This document shows, piece after piece, positions 56,968 through 64,000 of a stretch of 64,000 nt of DNA. The notes beneath the pieces were generated by a model that saw only the letters and a list, made by a program, of their open reading frames with translations, did no database searches and had not been told where the DNA came from. The DNA is taken from IMG/VR virus record IMGVR_UViG_3300046003_004989, positions 64,001 through 128,000 of that record. One strand, written 5' to 3'. A program made the position numbers and the translations under genes. The stretch is from a virus. Numbering within the stretch: the stretch's first letter is position 1; every line of letters starts with the position of its first letter.

Positions 56968-57309
56968 TTATATGAGTTCTTTACTATTTAGTATTTCGTA
57001 GTATGTGGTAAAACGTGTATTTTTAACTACTTTGATTGTGTCAGAAGCGAGAAGAGATTCGAGAAGACTTTTAGTCGTCTTCTCGTCTCCGTTTAATTTC
57101 TCTTTAAGAACAACGTCAGTAAAACAAGTATTGCCGGTTTCATCAACCGCTCGATATTCATGAATGAAGTGCTTACCACCTTCATTATAGAACCAATTCG
57201 ACATCAAATAGACGAAGTCTTCAGTTGTCGGATATCCTGGTTCATCTCTAAATGAGCCTATCAAATACTTGATTTTGATATTGTTGTTATTCATCTTCGT
57301 CATTTCCAA
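56968..57309 (-). CDS. Hypothetical protein
   Basis: 113-aa ORF between UvsX and the helicase. Confidence 0.6.
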   Translation of the reverse strand: MEMTKMNNNNIKIKYLIGSFRDEPGYPTTEDFVYLMSNWFYNEGGKHFIHEYRAVDETGNTCFTDVVLKEKLNGDEKTTKSLLESLLASDTIKVVKNTRFTTYYEILNSKELI

Positions 57310-58474
57310 TTAAGAATTGTTCAACTTCTTCGGCTTCATTAGCATCGATACCATAGCTGAACTTCGCTTTAATTTTCTTATCGTTGATTTGTGAAAGAAC
57401 ATCATGATTGAATACTTCAGCAGTGAATAATTCATAAGGAGAAACTCCTCTGCCTAAGTGTTTTACGATGAAGTTACGAGCTGTTTCTTTCCCAACGAAA
57501 TATTTAGTCTCACCTTCAACTTGGAATGGATGAGCACTTGCTTGATCTTTCTCAGATAGCTTATCATAATCTTTCTGATTAATGATATTACCTTTTTGAA
57601 TTCCACAAGTTTCCCAATCGATGTATTCTTCCATACCGATGTAAGGATTCATACCTCTGTCCCAACGAATATGGAACTTGATTGGAATAGGTTTACCGAA
57701 ACGATTTTTCAAAGTCTTAACCGAGACAATGATACCTGTTTGAACTGTACCTTCTTTAATTTGAGCTTTTGAAAGAGCTAGAATTACAGAAGCAGAATAA
57801 ACAAGACCTCCACCACCTGAAAGGTTAATCGTCGGGAACATACCAGTAGATGCGTATGTGTGATTGGTGAATAGGAATGGTATTCCAAGACCTGTTAAAT
57901 CGGAAGTGATAATACGGAATAGTGAACGAACCATTTTAGCACGAGTCATATCGGCTGCTGTGTTTCCACTTTGTGCATCATCAATTTCTTTCGTAGTTGC
58001 AAGCATCCCTAATGAATCTAAACAGATTGCAATTTTAGGAGTTTTGAAACCTTTCTCTTTAGCTTCCATCATTCTCTTACAAAGAGTTGTAATAGATGTA
58101 CGGAATCTAGCAAGGTCAGACATCGGTTGATGATCGAAACGATCTGGATCAACACCAAAGTTTTGAATGTTATCCACGTCTACAGCACCTTCTGTATCAT
58201 AATAGATGACATAATAACCTTTAGCTTGTAATTCTCGACACATATTTAGCATCAAGAAAGTCTTTCCTGTACCTGATTCACCTGCTAAACAGATAGTACG
58301 GTTGTTTGGAATACCACCAAATAGATCTCCAGAGAATACCGCATTTAAGTGATAGTTACCTGTGTCAATCCACTCGGTGATTTTTGAGAAGTCATTTTTA
58401 CTAATGACATCTCCAAAAGGGTTGATTTTCTTTAACTCCTTTTGTAGTTCTAGGATTGAATACTCTTTACTCAT
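57287..58474 (-). CDS. uvsX: RecA-like recombinase (UvsX)
   Basis: AGESGTGKT, YDTE, DSLG, DMTRAK, NHTY, SGGGG and KNR motifs. Confidence 0.95.
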   Translation of the reverse strand: MSKEYSILELQKELKKINPFGDVISKNDFSKITEWIDTGNYHLNAVFSGDLFGGIPNNRTICLAGESGTGKTFLMLNMCRELQAKGYYVIYYDTEGAVDVDNIQNFGVDPDRFDHQPMSDLARFRTSITTLCKRMMEAKEKGFKTPKIAICLDSLGMLATTKEIDDAQSGNTAADMTRAKMVRSLFRIITSDLTGLGIPFLFTNHTYASTGMFPTINLSGGGGLVYSASVILALSKAQIKEGTVQTGIIVSVKTLKNRFGKPIPIKFHIRWDRGMNPYIGMEEYIDWETCGIQKGNIINQKDYDKLSEKDQASAHPFQVEGETKYFVGKETARNFIVKHLGRGVSPYELFTAEVFNHDVLSQINDKKIKAKFSYGIDANEAEEVEQFLIGNDEDE

Positions 58475-58504
58475 TTTTACTTACTTTTTTTCTTTAGTTG
58501 TTAT

Positions 58505-59701
58505 TTAGAATAGTCCACCAACCGTATAAGCGAGAGAAGGATGCAAAGGTGGCAAGCCTGCTGGTACGATAATTCGGTTAAGAGGATCTAAAATTGTTTT
58601 TTGGAATTGAACTTCGAGATTCATTTTTGGTGCAAATTCAATTGGATAATTTCCAGCTTTATAAGCGAAAACATCACAAAATTGATCAGATGAATGATAC
58701 CATTTTACTTTGTCACCACCACGAATAAGTTCATATTTACCTTTCAATCTATCTTCTTGATTAAGTAGATAGTTATGATAACCACCTGCTCGAACATGGA
58801 TAGGTGTTCCTGATTTCAATTCTAATCTATCTTGGTCATTTAAGATAAATTTATTGTATTCAGATATACCACGAGTCATCGAGATTTTTTCGATATTGGA
58901 AAGCTTGAATTCAGTTTTGATTTCTTTAATTAGCTTAACCAAATCTTGATTGTCTTTTGATGTGATTTTTGTTTTCGAAAAGATGTACTTTACGGCATCA
59001 ATTAACTTTTGTCTACAGAAAGGTGGTGTAGACGATTGGATAATTTCTAGTCCTGTAGTTTTGATGTATGTTAGATTGTCATAATCTTTACCATCTTTCC
59101 AAATGATATTTTGAATGTATTTCTTTTTAGCTACCCAAATAGCATTCTCTGCAATTGTTTCTAACTCGAAATCTAAGTGATTATCTGTGTGTCTAGATTC
59201 TGCATAATCATCAAGTACTTTCTTAATATAAGCAGCTAAACGATTTGCATTTAGAGTTAAAACGAATTCCTTTACAGTTCCTTGCCAATTAACAGCTTCC
59301 ATTACTTCTTCAAAAATTAAGTAACCTGAATCAGTATCGGTATATTTCCATACTTGACCTTTGATAGGACGAACTTCCCAATCTGGTTTAACGAGTAATT
59401 TTTCATGAAGAGCTTTGTCTTTATGAAAGAATTCTTTGAAATATCGATCAACCATTTTTTCGGTGAATCGGATTGCATCTTGTCCTTGTAAAGTTACAGT
59501 TTCAGCGATTGCAATGTTATAGAAGTGAAAATACTCATTGGCGAAGGCACCATAAATTGAGTTAATGATTAATTTGATTGCTTGCTCTGAAGAATAACAT
59601 CTCAAAGATTCGGTCTTTAATGCATCAATATCTTCTGGTGATAGAGTAGAAAAGTCTAATTCGTTAATTTTTTCTACTGTTAGAGAGCTTGTATTAATCA
59701 T
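58505..59701 (-). CDS. Family B DNA polymerase, C-terminal half (split gp43)
   Basis: Region III KLIINSIYG, region I YTDTDS, KKKY and GLEII; lacks the exonuclease domain and region II DxxSLYP. Confidence 0.9.
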   Translation of the reverse strand: MINTSSLTVEKINELDFSTLSPEDIDALKTESLRCYSSEQAIKLIINSIYGAFANEYFHFYNIAIAETVTLQGQDAIRFTEKMVDRYFKEFFHKDKALHEKLLVKPDWEVRPIKGQVWKYTDTDSGYLIFEEVMEAVNWQGTVKEFVLTLNANRLAAYIKKVLDDYAESRHTDNHLDFELETIAENAIWVAKKKYIQNIIWKDGKDYDNLTYIKTTGLEIIQSSTPPFCRQKLIDAVKYIFSKTKITSKDNQDLVKLIKEIKTEFKLSNIEKISMTRGISEYNKFILNDQDRLELKSGTPIHVRAGGYHNYLLNQEDRLKGKYELIRGGDKVKWYHSSDQFCDVFAYKAGNYPIEFAPKMNLEVQFQKTILDPLNRIIVPAGLPPLHPSLAYTVGGLF

Positions 59702-59870
59702 GTTTTTCTATTTTATGAGCTTCTAATAATTCTTCGATTGTATCATAAGTCTCTAGAGTTTTCATCTTTGATCTATCGTTTAGATAGAGACCTTGTTCTG
59801 ATCTTTCGAAAGCATTCCAAGTCTTATCGTATTCATTAAAATGAATGTATTTACTATAGAGTTTGTACAT
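59694..59870 (-). CDS. Small protein (58 aa; not in ORF track)
   Basis: Manual translation MYKLYSKYIHFNEYDKTWNAFERSEQ...KIEKHD*; fills the gap between the clamp and polymerase genes. Confidence 0.6.
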   Translation of the reverse strand: MYKLYSKYIHFNEYDKTWNAFERSEQGLYLNDRSKMKTLETYDTIEELLEAHKIEKHD

Positions 59871-59871
59871 A

Positions 59872-60618
59872 TTATTCGGTGATTGCTAAATTTAAAGCGA
59901 TTGATGTATTTGATTCTTCGGAAACAAGGATCATTTTGTTTTCACAAACAGAAACGTTATAAGTTTCTTTGTCTACTCTTTGTAAGAAAGATTTGAAGAT
60001 AGAAGTTGCTGCATGTGTTTCTTTTTTATTATCGTCAATTACGATATCGAAAGATTCAGAACTAACATGAACACCTGCAGTATCAGAATAAATTTTGAAT
60101 AATTCGCTTTTGTCTAAAGTTTGTAGAGAAGTTACTTTAGCGAAGTCTTCAGATGACAATTTAAAGTCATAAAGTTTTGTAGTTACATCGAATGCTCTGC
60201 TTACTTGTTCAGATGTCATTGATGTGAAACCTAAAGAGATGTCTTGACAGTGCAATTCAATTTTCAATTGATTGTCTTTAAATACGATTTTTTCGGCATA
60301 AAGGATGCCATCGTCTTCATCTTTAAATACGTTGATTTCCGCTGATAAATTATGCGGATCAAAATAACCTAAACAAGAAAGCAACCTTTGTCCTGAAAAG
60401 AACGATAACTTAATTGTTTCTGTTTGTGGTTTTTCAAACTGTAATACGTCGTTTACAGGAAGTGAAACTGATTTAACTACGTCTTTTGTTGGAGTATAAA
60501 CATCCGACCAAATACGTTCACCGTCTACGTTTAGATAGACAGAAGTGTCCATAAGTAACATTCTTTTAATCAGAGAAGTTAAATACGGTACTGATACTTT
60601 CTTTACTTGAATTTTCAT
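59872..60618 (-). CDS. Probable sliding clamp (gp45-like)
   Basis: 248 aa, two-domain alternating beta/alpha pattern, upstream of the polymerase; assignment from context. Confidence 0.55.
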   Translation of the reverse strand: MKIQVKKVSVPYLTSLIKRMLLMDTSVYLNVDGERIWSDVYTPTKDVVKSVSLPVNDVLQFEKPQTETIKLSFFSGQRLLSCLGYFDPHNLSAEINVFKDEDDGILYAEKIVFKDNQLKIELHCQDISLGFTSMTSEQVSRAFDVTTKLYDFKLSSEDFAKVTSLQTLDKSELFKIYSDTAGVHVSSESFDIVIDDNKKETHAATSIFKSFLQRVDKETYNVSVCENKMILVSEESNTSIALNLAITE

Positions 60619-60657
60619 TTGCTTGATTTAGTTTTGATTATTATATGTGATTTTTGG

Positions 60658-60906
60658 CTATTTGGATACCGATTCAACAAACGTATAGCCTTCATTTAGA
60701 TAGCTATCTAACCAAGTCTGCATGTTGCTTTCACAAATACAGCTTTCATGTTTATATTCCGGTTTTTTCTTATTGGTATGTCGGACAGTAATAAACCATC
60801 CATCGTCTGCCATTCCGAGATCTTCTACGAAGATAATTTCTCTACGGCCTTTCTTTATATGATGCAGGATTTTACCGTCTACCTGCTGATAGTCATTATA
60901 CTTCAT
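60658..60906 (-). CDS. Hypothetical protein
   Basis: 82-aa ORF in operon. Confidence 0.6.
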   Translation of the reverse strand: MKYNDYQQVDGKILHHIKKGRREIIFVEDLGMADDGWFITVRHTNKKKPEYKHESCICESNMQTWLDSYLNEGYTFVESVSK

Positions 60907-61135
60907 AGTGATTTAATGATTTTACGAAACCTTCGTTAGTTGCTAATCTCATGAAATATCGATAGCTTTCAGGAGTTCCTTCTATTTGAAATGTATAATA
61001 GCCATCAGGATCATCAAATTCTGATAGGACTCTGACTGCATATTTCCAATCGCCTATTTCGTTTAGATGTTCTACATGTCTTTCAAATTCTTCACGTTCT
61101 TCAGGCAAAATGCCTAGATAGTACTCAAATTTCAT
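60896..61135 (-). CDS. Hypothetical protein
   Basis: 79-aa overlapping ORF. Confidence 0.6.
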   Translation of the reverse strand: MKFEYYLGILPEEREEFERHVEHLNEIGDWKYAVRVLSEFDDPDGYYTFQIEGTPESYRYFMRLATNEGFVKSLNHYEV

Positions 61136-61571
61136 TTTTTTCTTGATTTAATTCTGTGATGTAATGTACAAGAGCAAGCCAAACAGCTTCTTTAGTGGAT
61201 TTGGAATTAGATGCATTATAATTGCAAACTACTGCTTTATCAGCAGGCCAATTATGATTTATCATATGAGAGATTTCACATCTTCTTCCACAAATTTCTA
61301 TGAAAGGACTATGAGGGTCTTGTTCAATTTTATCAATAACTGACATCAGTTCATTCCAATCGGAATCATACTTAAAAATACCTATTCGAGCATATTCGTC
61401 TCTAGAATGAGAATAGCTATCGAATTCCCAATGTTCAATAGTTCCTGTTGAATGTGAACCATGTGGCATTTCGTACTCTTCAGTACGAACAATTCTTCCG
61501 CCCATGAACTTAGCGAGAATTTTATTGCCTTCTGTTTTATTAATCTTCGTCATAATGATCTCTCCCTTCAC
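61125..61571 (-). CDS. Hypothetical phage protein
   Basis: NKILAKFMG...YDSDWNELMSVIDKIE...AV pattern typical of phage proteins. Confidence 0.65.
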   Translation of the reverse strand: MKGEIIMTKINKTEGNKILAKFMGGRIVRTEEYEMPHGSHSTGTIEHWEFDSYSHSRDEYARIGIFKYDSDWNELMSVIDKIEQDPHSPFIEICGRRCEISHMINHNWPADKAVVCNYNASNSKSTKEAVWLALVHYITELNQEKNEI

Positions 61572-61932
61572 CTGATTTTAAACGTAGATATTCATCATCT
61601 GAATGATCGTCTTCTTCGATTTCAAAACCTTCTTCATCGAATTCATATTCACAACAAGGCCATCTTCTACCTCTACTGTCGATATTAGCCCATGAAGTTT
61701 TTTCTTCATTAGTCCATATCCAATCAACTCCTTCTTTACCATCTTCTTCGTCAGGACTAATTCCTCCTGGCGGATGATAATGTTCAGCAACTACTGAGTA
61801 TTCGTTACATGAACAACCTCGATGAACGCATTCATCACAGAAATAAGGACTGCATCCACTTGAATAACCTGGCATGTATATCCAAGTTGCTTTTTGACCA
61901 CAGTCACATTTTTCGAATTGTTTATCTTCCAT
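61540..61932 (-). CDS. Cys-rich hypothetical protein
   Basis: CDCG...CDEC..RGCSC...PCCEY. Confidence 0.65.
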   Translation of the reverse strand: MEDKQFEKCDCGQKATWIYMPGYSSGCSPYFCDECVHRGCSCNEYSVVAEHYHPPGGISPDEEDGKEGVDWIWTNEEKTSWANIDSRGRRWPCCEYEFDEEGFEIEEDDHSDDEYLRLKSGEGRDHYDED

Positions 61933-61952
61933 AGTCTTTTTATGTCTAAAAC

Positions 61953-61981
61953 AAAAGCGAGATTCAATTAAGAATCTCGCT
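61953..61981 (-). terminator. Terminator
   Basis: AGCGAGATTC...GAATCTCGCT stem plus T run. Confidence 0.75.
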
Positions 61982-62003
61982 AGAGTTGAGTTTCGGGTAT
62001 TGA

Positions 62004-62360
62004 TTATTTGACGAAACTTCCGTATTCGTCGATTAAGTTTAGTGAATCAAGTAAAGCGTAACCTTCATTTGTAATTTTAATTGTACCGAAGTTTAAACCG
62101 TCTCTTGACCAATATTTGTTTAGGATTTTATTACCGTCTTTGTCTTTGATAAATTTCTTTTCACCTTCTTGAATATTTACTAGACCTTTTTGAACTAGTG
62201 AAGAGAAAACACCTGAACGAGTTTTACCAGTGAAAGGGCAACAATCATAAACTGAAAAGTCCCAAAGAATTGAATCTCTTCCGTTTTCATAAAAATCTGA
62301 ATGAGTTATCGCTTTTAAACCTTGTAACTCTAAGTCTGTTAAATTTACTGAATTTGTCAT
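62004..62360 (-). CDS. Winged-helix-like hypothetical protein
   Basis: LTDLE...SGVFSSLVQKGLV...ITNEG; first gene after early promoter cassette 7. Confidence 0.6.
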   Translation of the reverse strand: MTNSVNLTDLELQGLKAITHSDFYENGRDSILWDFSVYDCCPFTGKTRSGVFSSLVQKGLVNIQEGEKKFIKDKDGNKILNKYWSRDGLNFGTIKITNEGYALLDSLNLIDEYGSFVK

Positions 62361-62386
62361 ATTGTTTTAATTTGATTAATTTGATA

Positions 62387-62466
62387 TACAAATATAAAAC
62401 AATAAGTTGATAAAAAAAAATTTCTATCAACTTATTTTCAAAAAAGTTTCAAAAGTTATTAACAAT
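62387..62466 (-). promoter_or_regulatory. Early promoter cassette 7 with 12-bp inverted repeat
   Basis: TATATTTGTATATCAAATTAATC plus box 59 bp upstream; AATAAGTTGATA...TATCAACTTATT. Confidence 0.75.
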
Positions 62467-62467
62467 C

Positions 62468-64000
62468 TTATCCGTCACAACTAAGACAATTCTCGTCTAA
62501 AGCTTTAGCAGCAATATCACCTCGAAGTACTGATTCGGTTCTCATGTAATACAAAGTTTTGATACCTTGTTTGTAAGCTTCCATGTGAACTTGATTAATA
62601 AATTTAGGAGTTGCTTCAGTTGGAAATGCAAGATTCAGAGAAACCGATTGGTCAATATATTGTTGACGTAAACCTGCTTGCTTAACTAATTCTAATTGAT
62701 TTACTTCTTTGAAAGTTTTGAATACTTCTTTAAAAGGAACCAAGTCAGCTTTTTGCATTTCTGTCAGAGTTTCAGCTTTCTCTGAACTAACTAGGGAATC
62801 ATCATGGAAGAACCATTCATCTAAGAATTGTAGTCCTTGTACTGAACCTCCATCAATAAGAATTTGATCCCAAACTTCTTTTTGATTTCTTTTCATTTTT
62901 TTCAAGTACTTCTCTAATGTAGGATTTTTACGAATGAATGTTCCTTTAGCAGTTTGTTCAGTGAATACATTAGCTGCCCAAGGTTCAATACCTGCAGAAA
63001 CATTTCCACTTAATTTTGAATTTGATACCGTAGGAGCAATTGCTCGTAAGTGAGTATTACGCATACCTGTTCCGATACACCAAAGTGGTTCGCCGTATTC
63101 TCTTGCCATATCTCTAGAAGCTTGTTCAGATTCTAATTTGATTTGTGAGAATATTTTACGAGTTTCATATTGTGCAAGAAGACCTTCAAATGGAATTCCT
63201 TTCTCTTGTAAGTAAGTATGCCATCCTAGAACACCAAGTCCTAAAGCTCTTCCCTTTTCAGCAGATCTAACGGAATTTTGGAATCCAGACATGTATTTTG
63301 CTTTCTGTATAAATTCTTCTAATACACCATCTAAGAACCAAGTTGAAGTATAGACAAGATCAGTGTCTTTCCATTCATCGTATTTAGCAAGATTGATAGA
63401 AGATAAACAACAAACAAATGAATGTGATTCGTCGGTATGTAAAGTAATTTCCGAACAAATGTTCGTCATGTAAACTTTAAGACCATTTTGTTTGTATGCT
63501 TCTGGATTGTTACGATTAACATTCCCTTTGTACATAATATAAGGTTCGCCTGTTTGACGTCTCTTACGAAGAACTGCTGTCCATCTTGCTCTTGCTTCTT
63601 TATCACCACTTTCAACCTTTTGCATAAATGCATCAGAAATGATTACACATTGGTGTAAATTTAAAGATTGACGATTAACATCACCTTTAGGTTCACGAAT
63701 TTCTAACCATTCCCAGAAGTCACCATGTTCAATGTCAATATTAACTGATGCTGCACCACGTCTAACTGACCCTTGAGAAGTTGCTAGAATAGTTGAATCG
63801 TAAATTTTACAAAACGGAACTACACCATCGGATGTACCGTTATTTTTGATGATTGTACCTGCTTGTCGGATTTGATTGATACCTACTCCAACACCTCCAC
63901 CATGTTTAGCGAGAAGCATTAATTCAAGGTTTTTTGTACCAATATCGAAAATTGAATCAGCTACATCAATACCAAAACATGAGATAGGTAAACCTCTTTC
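62468..64000 (-). CDS. nrdA: Ribonucleotide reductase class Ia alpha subunit (5' end outside window)
   Basis: GGGVG, TNICSEI, CCLSS, LGLG, APTVS, DQSVS, KTLYY and C-terminal CxxC; frame remains open to the window edge. Confidence 0.95.
   Translation of the reverse strand, partial: ERGLPISCFGIDVADSIFDIGTKNLELMLLAKHGGGVGVGINQIRQAGTIIKNNGTSDGVVPFCKIYDSTILATSQGSVRRGAASVNIDIEHGDFWEWLEIREPKGDVNRQSLNLHQCVIISDAFMQKVESGDKEARARWTAVLRKRRQTGEPYIMYKGNVNRNNPEAYKQNGLKVYMTNICSEITLHTDESHSFVCCLSSINLAKYDEWKDTDLVYTSTWFLDGVLEEFIQKAKYMSGFQNSVRSAEKGRALGLGVLGWHTYLQEKGIPFEGLLAQYETRKIFSQIKLESEQASRDMAREYGEPLWCIGTGMRNTHLRAIAPTVSNSKLSGNVSAGIEPWAANVFTEQTAKGTFIRKNPTLEKYLKKMKRNQKEVWDQILIDGGSVQGLQFLDEWFFHDDSLVSSEKAETLTEMQKADLVPFKEVFKTFKEVNQLELVKQAGLRQQYIDQSVSLNLAFPTEATPKFINQVHMEAYKQGIKTLYYMRTESVLRGDIAAKALDENCLSCDG

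Noticed and set aside
850-61688. Numerous short plus-strand ORFs in the track (e.g. 6699..7181, 8019..8489, 27984..28397, 31279..31725)
   Set aside because: They are antisense shadows of well-supported minus-strand genes, with no recognisable motifs
1571-62466. CRISPR array or IS ends to explain the repeated AAAGTTATTAACAAT motif
   Set aside because: The copies are dispersed kilobases apart, are always paired with a promoter element, and no cas or transposase gene is present
1-64000. Stop-codon reassignment as seen in some Bacteroidota jumbo phages
   Set aside because: Core genes are full length under the standard code with dense packing; TAG (60658) and TGA (e.g. 82, 23794, 43522) appear to be used as real stops

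Overview
A 64-kb segment of an AT-rich, T4-like (myovirus-type, probably jumbo) phage genome. The host is most likely a Bacteroidota bacterium, inferred from TAnnTTTG promoters, A-rich start contexts without obvious Shine-Dalgarno sequences and an ECF sigma factor. Nearly every gene is on the minus strand. The window holds head genes (gp20 portal, fused gp21/gp22 protease-scaffold, gp23 capsid, gp2, gp4, terminase), tail and neck genes (gp14, gp15, gp18, gp19, gp26/gp51-like, tape measure) and replication/repair genes (split PolB C-half, clamp and clamp loader, gp41, UvsX, gp46/47, RNase H, type II topoisomerase, Fpg/Nei, NrdA). It also carries two phage sigma factors (ECF-type and gp55-type) and accessory genes (PhoH, SpeD, RimK-protease fusion). 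Main observations from reading the sequence: (1) at least 11 unrelated proteins share an N-terminal leader resembling the T4 capsid-targeting sequence, including a RimK glutamyl ligase-protease fusion and membrane-inserting proteins, suggesting a large virion-packaged, injected cargo system; (2) three promoter classes are visible, namely host-sigma early promoters with a conserved upstream box at helically phased distances (38/39/49/59 bp), ECF-like middle promoters and GATA(T/A)ATA late promoters; (3) a candidate GC-rich structured RNA, a candidate +1 frameshift in the tail-chaperone genes, a pseudo-phosphoesterase and a split DNA polymerase. All functional calls come from motif recognition only; no database searches were run.
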